64,000 nt of DNA from Hyphomicrobiales bacterium. GTDB lineage: Bacteria > Pseudomonadota > Alphaproteobacteria > Rhizobiales > Rhizobiaceae. Made by a program: the position numbers and the translations under genes. Positions 10,129-20,100 of this stretch are shown piece after piece. The notes beneath the pieces are model-generated. The model had not been told where the DNA came from. It did not search any database and saw only the letters and a list, made by a program, of their open reading frames with translations. Position 1 is the stretch's first letter; each line of letters begins with the position of its first letter. The stretch is from the NCBI GenBank assembly GCA_024244645.1, contig JAAEOH010000065.1:5882-69881 (forward strand), written 5' to 3'.

Positions 10129-11261
10129 GCCGCAAGCCTCTCGCGGCGACTGGACAGGTCTGCCTCGTTCACGCCTTCATCGCGGATGTCTTTCGGGACC
10201 GCCCGGCCGAGCGCCAGAGCGGCCGCCATTCTGGCCAGTGCGGGGGCCGACTGGATGCCATAACCGCCCTGCCCCGCCAGCCAGAAAAATCCCGGTACAT
10301 CGCCATCGAATCCGACAACCGGACATCTGTCCGCCACGAAGCTGCGAAGCCCGGCCCATTTATGATCAATACGGCGCACCTGGAAATCGAACGCGGTTTC
10401 GATCCGGTCAACGCAGATGGCCACGTCCATCTCGTCGGGCTGTGCGTCACAGGGTGGCGACGGCGTTTCGTCGGCCGGAGAAATCAGCAACTTGCCCGCA
10501 TCGGGCTTCATGTAGAACCGCTCCTCGACATCCACCACCATCGGCCAGTGGCGAGTTTCACAATTTTCCGGTGGCGGCACCAGCAGTGCGGTACGGCGCT
10601 TTGGCACAAGCCCGACCGGCGCAACTCCGGCCATCTGTGCAACCACGTCGGCCCATGCCCCCGCCGCATTAACAACCACCGGCCCGCTGAACCGGCTCTG
10701 GCTGGTGTCAACCTGCCAGCATGACCCGTCATGGGTCAACGCGCCAACGCCGGATGCGGTTCGCATCTCGCCACCTGCGGCGCGAAACGTCTTGAGGTAG
10801 TGCTGATGCAATGCTGCGACATCGATGTCCGCTGCACTGTCATCGAGCAGCGCCTTCGCCACATATTCGCGCCTCAGCAGTGGCACCTGTTCCAGCGCGC
10901 CGTCTGCTGCTAACGGCAGTACAGCGTCGCCCAGTTCCTTTTGCAGGCTTGTGAGAGCGCCGGCCTGGTCGGCGCTCGATACGAACATTGCTCCCCTTTT
11001 TCGCAGCAGCGGATGATCCAGATATTCGCTTTGCGGATCGTTGAAAAACGTTTCGGATGCACGCGTCAGTGCTCGGATTGCCGGCGGACCGTAGGCCCGA
11101 GTGAAAAGTGCCGCGGATCGTCCTGTCGTGTGATATCCGGGTTGGCTTTCGGTCTCGACCAGCAGAACGCGCGCCTCGCGGGCGAACTCTGCGGCGGCCG
11201 ACGCACCGGCCATGCCTGCCCCAATCACGATGAAGTCGAAGGCTTCAGCCCGACCTGTCAC
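10125..11261 (-). CDS. FAD-dependent oxidoreductase, DAO/D-arginine dehydrogenase-like
   Basis: IGAGMAGAS, GYHTTGRSAA, WAGLRSF, GQGGYGIQSAP; GTG start at 11261 after GGGGAGGA. Confidence 0.88.
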   Translation of the reverse strand: MTGRAEAFDFIVIGAGMAGASAAAEFAREARVLLVETESQPGYHTTGRSAALFTRAYGPPAIRALTRASETFFNDPQSEYLDHPLLRKRGAMFVSSADQAGALTSLQKELGDAVLPLAADGALEQVPLLRREYVAKALLDDSAADIDVAALHQHYLKTFRAAGGEMRTASGVGALTHDGSCWQVDTSQSRFSGPVVVNAAGAWADVVAQMAGVAPVGLVPKRRTALLVPPPENCETRHWPMVVDVEERFYMKPDAGKLLISPADETPSPPCDAQPDEMDVAICVDRIETAFDFQVRRIDHKWAGLRSFVADRCPVVGFDGDVPGFFWLAGQGGYGIQSAPALARMAAALALGRAVPKDIRDEGVNEADLSSRRERLAA

Positions 11262-11377
11262 GGCGTCCTCCCCGGGATTTGAATTCAAGAACCGTAACAC
11301 CGATTTTCCAATAGGAAAAGTTTTTTCCGATTGGAAAATCCTTGGCGCGGGTCCCAATTGACCCTAAACTGCTGTTC

Positions 11378-11962
11378 ATGACGATGACCAAACCCGAAGA
11401 CAGTCAACGAACCCTGTTTGGCCGCCGCCTGCGCCATCTGCGCCTCGAAAACGGCTGGACGCTGGCCGAGACTGCCGAACGCGCGGGGCTGGCGATCTCT
11501 ACGATTTCCAAGGCAGAGCGCGGGATCATTGCGCTTACCTATGACCGACTGGCCCAGCTGGCCGCCGGTCTGGATGTGGATATGGCAGCATTCTTCGCCG
11601 CTGAAGGCAAGAACTTCACACCCGGCAGTTTTGCCGTGGCGCGCAAGGGCGAATTTCGTCGGCAGGAAACACCAAACTATGTCTACGAAATGCTGTTTCC
11701 CGAACTGTGGCACAAGGCGATGAGCCCAATGATGGGAACGTTAAAAGCACACGACGTGACAGATTTCGAAGAGTTCGTGCGCCATCCCGGACAGGAATTC
11801 CTCGTGGTGATGGAAGGCACCGTTACCGTGCATATCGATGGGCGTGATCCTGTTACGCTGAACAGAGGTGACAGCATCTATTTCGATAGCGCGCTCGGCC
11901 ATCTTTATGCCTCGGACGGTGACAACGATGCGCGCATTCTGGTGGTATGCGCTGCTTCTTAA
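11378..11962 (+). CDS. XRE-family HTH / cupin regulator
   Basis: LRHLRLENGWTLAETA..STISKAERG HTH; HPGQEF..GDSIYFDS..H cupin; divergent from the catabolic operon. Confidence 0.9.
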   Translation: MTMTKPEDSQRTLFGRRLRHLRLENGWTLAETAERAGLAISTISKAERGIIALTYDRLAQLAAGLDVDMAAFFAAEGKNFTPGSFAVARKGEFRRQETPNYVYEMLFPELWHKAMSPMMGTLKAHDVTDFEEFVRHPGQEFLVVMEGTVTVHIDGRDPVTLNRGDSIYFDSALGHLYASDGDNDARILVVCAAS

Positions 11963-12225
11963 ACATTTTTGGCCTTCGACAACATTTTTCGCTCAAAAGG
12001 CATATCGAATGATCGCGCAACTTGGGCTGGTACACATTACCTTTGGGCCAATGGTTGGAGTGTCGCTCTTTGAAACTTGTCCCGGCAGCGTCCCTGCGTG
12101 GACATCCGCTTTCAAGGATGACAAATCCAAACTGTGATGTCTGTAAAATCCGCGTACCCGTTGCATGACATCCACAAAATGAACGCCCCCTCTCCCCCTC
12201 AGACACCCGCATCATTTCGGCTTAA

Positions 12226-12462
12226 CATCTCGATACGCCTCCGACCAGTGAACGGGTAACCGAATACGATCGAGGACACTTCAAACTCTATCTGCAACTG
12301 CTTCGCGCATCTGCGGATAAAGTCGACTGGCGAGAGGTTGTCGCCGCACTGTTCGCGATCGATCCTGATCAGCAGTCACAACGCGCCCGAAAAATTTGTG
12401 ATGAGCAACTCGCGCGAGCGCGGTGGATGACCACCACCGGTTATCGTCAGCTTATTCGATAG
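12226..12462 (+). pseudogene. Start-less remnant of a small island-associated protein (DUF2285-like)
   Basis: Open frame VTEYDRGHFKLYLQLLRASADKVDWREVVAALFAIDP..QLARARWMTTTGYRQLIR*; TAA at 12223, no start codon; absent from the ORF track. Confidence 0.55.
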
Positions 12463-13037
12463 CCGTTCGAATTAGATTGGAAGCAATTGTGTGGTGGCAA
12501 TTCAAACAACGAAGTCAATTCGACTTTGGCTCCTGTTCCTGATGGGCTTCCCTGCCCAAGGCACCATCAATGGCGGGCAGTCAAGGTCGCGCGAAACGCG
12601 CGCCACGATAGTGGGCGCAGCACCTTGACGGGCCGTCATATCGGGCAAGATTGGGAAAGTCACAATCCAAGGGCGACCGGTCAGGATTTCAGTTGCAGAA
12701 AGAGGAAATCCGAATGGCACTGTTTTTTCACAATAAATTCAGCAAAATAGACGACATTTATCGCACCTAGGGTGCGGCTGGTACCAAACAATCCCAGCGA
12801 TATCATTCGGCTCGTTCGACCAGAGTGCCAGTCCTTTTATCTTGCACTCTTAAATGCACCCCCATCCTGTTGACAAACCAACTAGAATCCATCTCTATCC
12901 ATGATTTCCGGTGCTTTAAAAATGTGATCGGACAACCGCCCCAGCCACCCAATTCTGGCGTGATTTGGCATCGATCCGGACGTTTCATGCGTTCCTTCAG
13001 GCCCGGCGCGTCAACCAACCCAAACTGTCGGCCGCCT

Positions 13038-14015
13038 TTACCGTGCCGCACGGTTGCGCGGCACACTGTCGCCTTGCGCCGTATCAATCGGGTTCATCGG
13101 TGGGATGATTGTGTCGTCGGTAACCGTGCGAATCAGCCAGTCCCGTAGCGCCGACACCACCGGCCTTTTGGTGCTGCGTTGCGGTATTGTAAGGCAATAG
13201 GGCTGGCTCTGCGCGAGTGTCATCTCGCAGACTCGAACAAGGTGCCCCGATGCAATGTGCTGGCTAGCAAGAAGGCTTTGACACAGCGCAATGCCCAGCC
13301 CGGACATGGCGAAATTGACAGCCATGACCGAGGAATTCGCGACTATACCCCGAAGGTCGTTGCTTTCCTGCGCAAACTCCTGATTTTCAAGCCAGTTTCT
13401 CCAAACCGGAAAGGTCGCGGCAGCGGGGCCCCAATCGGTGTGGATCAGAGGCGCAGCGGCAATATCCCGTGCAGTATCGAGCGGACCGTATCGCGCCAGA
13501 AACTCAGGCGAACAAACCGGAATGACGGAATCGGTCAAGATTTCTTCTGTCGCGTGAGTCTGATAATGAAACCGGCCGTAGGAAAATCTCAGGTCGATCC
13601 GGTGACGTTCGAAATCAACCGGGTCGTTGTCTTCGCGCAGCGATATGTCGACGGCACCGGCCAAACCGGTGAATTCAGCAATGCGCAATGGCAGCCAGCC
13701 TGTCGCCACCGATGGGGGTGCCGAGATGGTCAGTCGCGACCGTAACGCAGATCCTGAAATACGGCGCGACACGGCCCGCAATTCTTCAAAGGCGGCGCTC
13801 AGTCGCGGTAGGGTTTCCAGCCCGGCCTCGGTCAGGGTGATGCCGCGGTTGATCCGATAGAACAGTTTGTGGCCCACCTGATCCTCAAGCGACCGCACAA
13901 GCTGAGACACTGCTGCAGGTGAGACCGAAAGCTCACGTGCCGCAGCAACAAAACTGCCGAGGCGCGCGGCTGCCTCAAGCGCTTGGAGACCTTTCAGGGA
14001 CGGAATATTGGGCAT
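13038..14015 (-). CDS. LysR-type regulator (GcvA-like)
   Basis: LKGLQALEAAARLGSFVAAARELSVSPAAVSQLVRSLE HTH and substrate-binding domain. Confidence 0.93.
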   Translation of the reverse strand: MPNIPSLKGLQALEAAARLGSFVAAARELSVSPAAVSQLVRSLEDQVGHKLFYRINRGITLTEAGLETLPRLSAAFEELRAVSRRISGSALRSRLTISAPPSVATGWLPLRIAEFTGLAGAVDISLREDNDPVDFERHRIDLRFSYGRFHYQTHATEEILTDSVIPVCSPEFLARYGPLDTARDIAAAPLIHTDWGPAAATFPVWRNWLENQEFAQESNDLRGIVANSSVMAVNFAMSGLGIALCQSLLASQHIASGHLVRVCEMTLAQSQPYCLTIPQRSTKRPVVSALRDWLIRTVTDDTIIPPMNPIDTAQGDSVPRNRAAR

Positions 14016-14134
14016 ATTAACAGTACTGGAAAGGTTTTCTTTCCTTAAGATCAGAAAATGTCGTTTTCTATATTGGTTTTCTTTTGCTACCGCAGCATTG
14101 ATCTATATCAAGCAGCGGTAGGTGATTCTCTTTC

Positions 14135-14644
14135 ATGGACACTCTTTCAGCCCCTCATCCAATACCGGTCCCCGATGGAACGGACACCGAGATTCGCCTC
14201 GAAGTCAATGGCCGGAAACATGTGGTGAATGTGGAGGCCGGCGACAGGCTCTCATCTGTGCTGCGCAGGCAATTGCGCCTGACCGGCGCCAAGGAGGGAT
14301 GTCTGGAGGGCGAGTGCGGTTCCTGTACCGTGCTGGTCGACGACATGCCGGTGAATTCTTGCCTGATGCTGGCCATTCAGGCCGAGGGGCGCAGGATCAC
14401 TACGGTCGAAGGCCTGTCCGGACCCGACGGGGAACTGTCTTCGCTGCAACAGGCTTTTGTCGACTCTGGTGCGATCCAATGCGGCTATTGCACGCCGGGC
14501 ATGGTGATGGCGGCGCAAGGATTGCTGCTGCACAATCCAAATCCGGACGAGCCCGAAATCCGTTATGCGCTGGCCGGTAACCTGTGCCGTTGCACCGGCT
14601 TCCAGACTATTGTCGAAGCAGTCAAGGCCGAGACGGCGCGATGA
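14135..14644 (+). CDS. Xanthine dehydrogenase family 2Fe-2S subunit
   Basis: GAKEGCLEGECGSCTV..SC; QCGYCTPG..GNLCRCTG. Confidence 0.95.
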   Translation: MDTLSAPHPIPVPDGTDTEIRLEVNGRKHVVNVEAGDRLSSVLRRQLRLTGAKEGCLEGECGSCTVLVDDMPVNSCLMLAIQAEGRRITTVEGLSGPDGELSSLQQAFVDSGAIQCGYCTPGMVMAAQGLLLHNPNPDEPEIRYALAGNLCRCTGFQTIVEAVKAETAR

Positions 14645-15531
14645 GGGCCTTGCGCGCACCTGATCTTGAGGCGCTGATCGCATTGATGCGCCGGTCCGAC
14701 GGGCGCATCGATTACCTCGCTGGCGGGACCGACCTGATCATGGCGCGGCAAGACAATTCCTGGGCCGATCTGATCGTGGATATATCGCAGACCGCCGGTC
14801 TCGATGTAATCGACATTTCCGGTGACATGCTGAGGATCGGTGCCGGGGTGACCATGACAACGCTGACCACCCATCCGGTCATCCGGCGGACCGCGCCGAT
14901 GCTTGCCATGGCAGCGCGGCATGTAGGGTCGGTGCAGATTCGCAATCGCGCTACCCTCGGCGGCAATATCGCCAGCGCCATGCCCGCGGCGGACCTGCTG
15001 CCGGTGTTGAAGTGCCATGCAGCAAGGGTTGAGGTTCAACGGCGCACTGGGCGACTGGAAATACTCGAATTCGACGAAGTTGTGCTGGGCCGGGGGCAGA
15101 CCTGTCTTGGCAATGGCGATCTTATCGTCGCGGTGCGCCTGCCGCTGGCACTTGCATCTGGCCGGATTAGCGCCTTTGCCAAGCTAGGTCCACGCGAGGT
15201 TCTCACCATCTCCCGGCTAAACGTCGCCGCGCTGGCCGACTACGATCCGGTAAAGAACCGTCTTTCGCAGATACGGATCGTTGCCGGGGCTCTGGGACCT
15301 GCGCCGCTGCGTCTGAAAACGGTCGAGATAGTGGTTGGAAACCGTACGGTGGACCAAAGCCTTGCCGATGATTTTCTCTTCGCCTTGAGCCAAGCCGTGG
15401 ACCGCACCATTCCGGGGCGCGCCACGCGACCCTATAAACGACGGGCCATCCTTGGTCTGGGGCTTGATCTTTTGCGCGATCTGTTCGTGTACGAATTCGA
15501 CTGCACGGCGCTGCCGGAGCAACGGGTATGA
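14641..15531 (+). CDS. Xanthine dehydrogenase family FAD subunit
   Basis: LAGGTDL, IGAGVT, QIRNRATLGGNI..ADLLP; ATG 14641 overlaps the previous stop. Confidence 0.92.
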   Translation: MRALRAPDLEALIALMRRSDGRIDYLAGGTDLIMARQDNSWADLIVDISQTAGLDVIDISGDMLRIGAGVTMTTLTTHPVIRRTAPMLAMAARHVGSVQIRNRATLGGNIASAMPAADLLPVLKCHAARVEVQRRTGRLEILEFDEVVLGRGQTCLGNGDLIVAVRLPLALASGRISAFAKLGPREVLTISRLNVAALADYDPVKNRLSQIRIVAGALGPAPLRLKTVEIVVGNRTVDQSLADDFLFALSQAVDRTIPGRATRPYKRRAILGLGLDLLRDLFVYEFDCTALPEQRV

Positions 15532-17765
15532 AGCATATCTCTCAGCCACATCCCATCCTTGACGGGGTTGAGAAAGTCAGCGGCAGGCTGGACTATCTGG
15601 ATGACATGCAGATCGGCGGCATGCTGCACACCAAGCTGGTCTTTTCCACTGTACCGCATGGCCGGATTCTGCACCTCGAAACCGAGGCTGCACGACAGGT
15701 CGCCGGCGTTGCGTATATCTTCCATCACGGCAACACCCCCGCCAACACCTATAACAGCACCGTCTGGTATGAGGATCAGGACGAGCCGGAGGATGAGCGC
15801 ATGTTTCCCATGACCGTGCGCCATGTGGGCGATCGCGTGGCTGCCGTGGTCGCGGAGACGCCCGAAGCGGCCCGCAAGGCAGCGGCACTTATCAAGGTTA
15901 CCTATGAAGAACTGCCTGCCTTTTTGACCTGCCACAGCGCTCTGGATCACGATGACAGGCCGAGGCAAGAGGGTGGCATGCATCTGGCCGAGGAATTGCG
16001 GTTCGATTACGGCCGCACTGACGCGGATTTCGCGCAGGCCGAACTGGTCGTCACAAGCACCATCACAACCCCCAGAACGCATCATTGTGCGCTTGAAAAC
16101 CACGCCTGTGTCGCGATGCCTGAAAGCGATGGGCGCATTCTGATCCTGTCGCCCTGTCAGAGCATTTTCTCGGTACAGATGGTGACGGCCCGCGCCCTGG
16201 GTGTTCCGGCGGCGCAGATCCGGGTGATCAAAACCGCCATCGGCGGGTCGTTCGGCGGCAAAGCCGAGCCGGTACTGGACCCGCTTTGCGCCCATTTCGC
16301 CCATGTGCTGCAGCGTCCGGTGGGGATCACCCTTGATCGCACCGAGACCTTTACCGCCACGCGCACCAGATCCGGGGCCACGGGTCGCATTCGCACGGCG
16401 GTGAGCCGCGACGGACGGATCCTGGCCCGTGACACCGATGTGCGGATCGATATCGGCGCCTATCAGACCGGCGGTGGCTTCCTTCCCGGGGCGATGTCGC
16501 AACGGCTCTGCCGCCTCTATGACGTCCCGAGCCAGCGCTATCGTGGCCGGGCGGTATTGACCAATACCGTGCCGAGCGGTGCGTACCGGGGCTATGGCTC
16601 GCCCCAGATTCACGCCATTTCGGAAATCAACATCGACCACACGGCCCGCGCGCTTGGCATGGACCCGGTGGCATTCCGGCTGAAAAACCTGATCGAACCC
16701 GGTGCGTGCGATCCCCTGACCGGCATCCATGTCGGCAACGCCCGCATTCGCAACTGCGTGGAGCAAGGGGCAGAGTGCTTCGACTGGCAGGCCAGGCGGG
16801 TGCCATCGGACCCCAGCGCACGTTTTCGGCGGGGTGTCGGCATGGCATGTGCCACTCATATCAATGGCTGCTATCCCGATTTTCACGAAGCCACCACTGC
16901 CAGGCTGAGCCTGCGCCCGGACGGGCGATTGGATCTGACCTGCGCATTGCACGATCTTGGCTGCGGGTCGAATACCGTACTGGCCCAGATTATTGCCGAG
17001 GTTCTGGATGTCGTCCCAACCGACATCGTGTTCAGCGAGGTCGACAGCGACATCTGTTCCTACGATCTTGGCACCCGCGCAAGCCGCATGACCTATATCG
17101 TGGGCGAGGCGGTTCGGCGCACAACTGAAAAGCTGAAATCGCGCTTGCTGGAAATTGCTTCTCTGGCACTCAACCATGCTGCAGTTGACGTCATTCTAGA
17201 GGGCGGCATGTTCCGCACCTCAGGAGATAGCACGCAGGCAATATCACTGGCCGAATTGTTCCGGTGGGCAGACAGCCACGGCACTGCGTTGGAGGCTATC
17301 GAATCTTACCGCGCAACGGCCAATCCGGGATCATATGCCGCCCATTTCGCCGAGGTTGAAGTGGATGTGCTGACCGGCAGCGTGAAGGTGCTGGACTATC
17401 TGGCTGTGCATGATCTGGGCCGCGCTCTCAATCGCCGGCTTGTTGAAGGCCAGATTCAGGGCGGCGTTCAAATGGGGATCGGCTACGCCCTGCTGGAGGA
17501 TATCAGTATCGATCCGGCAACGGGCGCGATGAAAGGTGACCGTTTCAGCCGCTATCACCTTGTCAACGCGCCACAAATGCCTGCCGTACGCACCCTGCTT
17601 GTCGAAAGAGGCGAGCCCACCGGCCCTTATGGCGCCAAGGCGGTCGGTGAAATCGCCACAATCCCCCCTGCCCCGGCGATTGTGAACGCAGTCAGCCATG
17701 CGCTGAAACGAGAGCTGACAAAGCTGCCGATTACGCAGGATCGCATCGTTGCCTCGATGCGTTGA
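15528..17765 (+). CDS. Xanthine dehydrogenase family molybdopterin subunit
   Basis: GGSFGGK, AYRGYG, DLGCGS, GAKAVGE (catalytic Glu). Confidence 0.95.
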   Translation: MKHISQPHPILDGVEKVSGRLDYLDDMQIGGMLHTKLVFSTVPHGRILHLETEAARQVAGVAYIFHHGNTPANTYNSTVWYEDQDEPEDERMFPMTVRHVGDRVAAVVAETPEAARKAAALIKVTYEELPAFLTCHSALDHDDRPRQEGGMHLAEELRFDYGRTDADFAQAELVVTSTITTPRTHHCALENHACVAMPESDGRILILSPCQSIFSVQMVTARALGVPAAQIRVIKTAIGGSFGGKAEPVLDPLCAHFAHVLQRPVGITLDRTETFTATRTRSGATGRIRTAVSRDGRILARDTDVRIDIGAYQTGGGFLPGAMSQRLCRLYDVPSQRYRGRAVLTNTVPSGAYRGYGSPQIHAISEINIDHTARALGMDPVAFRLKNLIEPGACDPLTGIHVGNARIRNCVEQGAECFDWQARRVPSDPSARFRRGVGMACATHINGCYPDFHEATTARLSLRPDGRLDLTCALHDLGCGSNTVLAQIIAEVLDVVPTDIVFSEVDSDICSYDLGTRASRMTYIVGEAVRRTTEKLKSRLLEIASLALNHAAVDVILEGGMFRTSGDSTQAISLAELFRWADSHGTALEAIESYRATANPGSYAAHFAEVEVDVLTGSVKVLDYLAVHDLGRALNRRLVEGQIQGGVQMGIGYALLEDISIDPATGAMKGDRFSRYHLVNAPQMPAVRTLLVERGEPTGPYGAKAVGEIATIPPAPAIVNAVSHALKRELTKLPITQDRIVASMR

Positions 17766-17798
17766 AAGGTAAGACAACCGCATCTGCGAACCGGTGAC

Positions 17799-18075
17799 GG
17801 CCTTGTCACATCAACACAGGCAAACCAGGCAAGTCGACGCAATCCAGGATTAAGCCGACACAATCTCACACATTTCAGCGATTGCAGAGGTGTGCGTTTG
17901 TTTCGGCAAGATTGTGCCAGAACTCTTCGGGGTCTGGTGTTGGCAGCAATCGCCGGGCCGAATGTCAACCCATCGGCGGATCGTTTCATAGCTGACATCG
18001 ATCCCCCGTTTGGCAAGCATTTCCTCAACGCCCGAAAACTCAATGGAAAACGATAATAGAGCCAGACAGCCCCAT
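17799..18075 (-). mobile_element. IS6-family remnant (frameshifted, internally deleted)
   Basis: AVWLYYRFPLSFR/VEEMLAKRGIDVSYETIRRW/FGPAIAAN pieces joined to a C-terminal stub; end GGCCTTGTCACATCAA at 17799. Confidence 0.8.
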
Positions 18076-18242
18076 AGATTATTGCCGGTGGAAATTGGGG
18101 GCAGGTCAGGCCTTTGGTCCATTGGGATCATGGTCTCAGGGTCGCTTAGCAGAAATGCCGACCCGGATTTCAGGCCGCCAATACGATGGGCTGCAAAGTG
18201 GAATTATTCAATTCGACTTCGGCACTTGAGTGTCCGGTCTTC

Positions 18243-18905
18243 CTATTTGACTTTGGTAAGGGCCTCTTGGATGTTGATGAAATGCCTTATCCGGTCGACT
18301 ATTTCCTCAACCGCCATGGTGGCCATGTTGTAGGGGAAGACCGCCAGTCCCTTGCCGTCAGTGCCAACCAGATAGAACGAGGCCGTGTGGTCCATCCAGT
18401 AATCTCCGTCGTCTTCGCCCCCATTATTGTTCAGCTCTGACCTGTTGTAGTAGACACGAAAACCCTCAGCGGCCTCGGCGATCTGCTGCGGCGTTCCAGT
18501 AAGGCCGATCAACTTGGGATGGAAATAGGCCACATACTCCTTCAACACTTCGGGCGTATCGCGCTCAGGATCAATGGTCACGAAGATCGGCTGCACCCAG
18601 TCGGCTTGTTCACCCAACAAGGCCATTGTCTCGCTCATGGTCTGCAGACTGGTCGGGCACACATCCGGACAATATGTGTAGCCGAAATTGATGAGCATGA
18701 ACTTGCCACGGTAATCCTCGTCGGTGACCATCTTGCCGGTATGATCGGTAAGCGTGAACGGAGCCGCAGGCGGGAACATGGTTATGGGATCGACATTCTC
18801 CGCCTTCCCGATCTGCTCATCGGTGTACAGGAGATAGCCTACGGCTCCGCCGGTGAGGCAGAGGCCCACTATGATGATAAGGATGGCGAAGCGGAATTTT
18901 CTAAT
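18243..18905 (-). CDS. SCO/SenC copper chaperone
   Basis: FGYTYCPDVCP (CxxxC) and MDHT; N-terminal anchor; start is either ATT 18905 or GTG 18869. Confidence 0.92.
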   Translation of the reverse strand: MRKFRFAILIIIVGLCLTGGAVGYLLYTDEQIGKAENVDPITMFPPAAPFTLTDHTGKMVTDEDYRGKFMLINFGYTYCPDVCPTSLQTMSETMALLGEQADWVQPIFVTIDPERDTPEVLKEYVAYFHPKLIGLTGTPQQIAEAAEGFRVYYNRSELNNNGGEDDGDYWMDHTASFYLVGTDGKGLAVFPYNMATMAVEEIVDRIRHFINIQEALTKVK

Positions 18906-18937
18906 CCGTTAATCCTCCCTTTTACCAGCTCTGAGCG

Positions 18938-19465
18938 TTAGAGCAGCTTGTCCAGCTCATATTTCAGGAGCGGCTCGTTGACGGCGCCGGCGTGGATGTA
19001 AGTGATGAAGCCTTTCCGATCGACGAAGAACGTGAAGGGCAGACCGCGAATGCCGTAGTCTTTCTTTATTGTTCCTGTCACATCGAGGCCGGTGGGATAG
19101 GTAATCCCGTATTTTTTCATATATTGCAATGCTTTGGTCTCCGTGTCGTCGACCCCAACACCGACGAACATTACGTTTCTGCCGGCAAACTCCTGATAGA
19201 CCTTTTCAAGATCGCTTACCTCGACCCCGCATGTGGTGCACCAAGAGGCGAAGAAATTGATCACAACGGGATTTCCCTTGTGATCGCTCAGCCGAAAACT
19301 GCCGCCGTTGTCAAACCTCGTCAGTGTGAAATCGGGCGCCAGACTTTTGGCGCCGCCCTCCTCTTCGCGACAACCGTAAACGAGGAGCATAATGCAAAGA
19401 AGAAGGATGAGCCGCTGTAATAATATTCGCGACGGAACCAGCATTGAGTCAATCACCTCTGCCAA
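18938..19465 (-). CDS. TlpA/ResA-like thiol-disulfide oxidoreductase
   Basis: NFFASWCTTC, GLPFTFFVD; lipoprotein-like N-terminus. Confidence 0.9.
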   Translation of the reverse strand: MAEVIDSMLVPSRILLQRLILLLCIMLLVYGCREEEGGAKSLAPDFTLTRFDNGGSFRLSDHKGNPVVINFFASWCTTCGVEVSDLEKVYQEFAGRNVMFVGVGVDDTETKALQYMKKYGITYPTGLDVTGTIKKDYGIRGLPFTFFVDRKGFITYIHAGAVNEPLLKYELDKLL

Positions 19466-19565
19466 TACACCTCGTCAGGTTCTCAGGATGAATTCCACAA
19501 CGATCAGGTCAGAATTCCTCACAAATATCAGCACAATAAACTACCAACACAGATCGCTGCTGTCT

Positions 19566-19579
19566 TTGATATACATCAA
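19566..19579. promoter_or_regulatory. Perfect FNR/FixK/DNR/NnrR-type box
   Basis: TTGAT-ATAC-ATCAA between divergent operons; TAGATT at 19602-19607 fits class II (-41.5) geometry. Confidence 0.8.
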
Positions 19580-19643
19580 GTGCGGCGTCCATGATTCAGG
19601 CTAGATTAAGGCCCGATTGGAGTTTGAATGGACGGTACCGTGC

Positions 19644-20066
19644 ATGAGCTCAATTAATTGCAATTTGCTCGCCGCAATGATTGTGGCAGTTGGAGTGTTC
19701 ACCGTAAACCCGGCGAGCGCTGAGGAGAAATCCGACCCGACAAGTGCCACCGCGTGGAGCGCCGGAAACGTATCCGGGGCCGGCAATTTCATGAGCTACT
19801 GCTTGCCTTGCCATGGTCCAGAGGGAAAAGGTGACGGCGTGCTGTCCGAAAGCCTTGATGTGAAACCCAGGGACCTTTCGAACGCTGGTTTCTTGGCGCC
19901 GAAGCCAGACGAATATCTATTCAAGGTCGTTAAGACTGGTGGCGCCGCAGTGGGCCTGACAGAGAACATGCCTCCCTTCGTGGACCAGTTGAGCGACGAG
20001 GAGATTGTCAACATCGTTGCCTACCTTAGAAAGGAGGTTTGCAAGTGTGAGTTCAAGAAGAACTAG
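19644..20066 (+). CDS. Periplasmic monoheme cytochrome c
   Basis: Signal peptide, CLPCH, distal Met in MPPF. Confidence 0.9.
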   Translation: MSSINCNLLAAMIVAVGVFTVNPASAEEKSDPTSATAWSAGNVSGAGNFMSYCLPCHGPEGKGDGVLSESLDVKPRDLSNAGFLAPKPDEYLFKVVKTGGAAVGLTENMPPFVDQLSDEEIVNIVAYLRKEVCKCEFKKN

Positions 20067-20100
20067 AGCATATGCCTTGATTGCGGACGGTTTTTGGTGA

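Noticed and set aside
12480-13030. Genes in the region left of the LysR gene
   Set aside because: The short ORFs have no recognisable family or RBS support.
15432-17177. Long antisense ORFs (this one, plus 44048-45508, 48300-49556, 56083-57237, 57658-58710, 29886-30830)
   Set aside because: They are shadow frames of well-supported genes in GC-rich DNA with no recognisable motifs.
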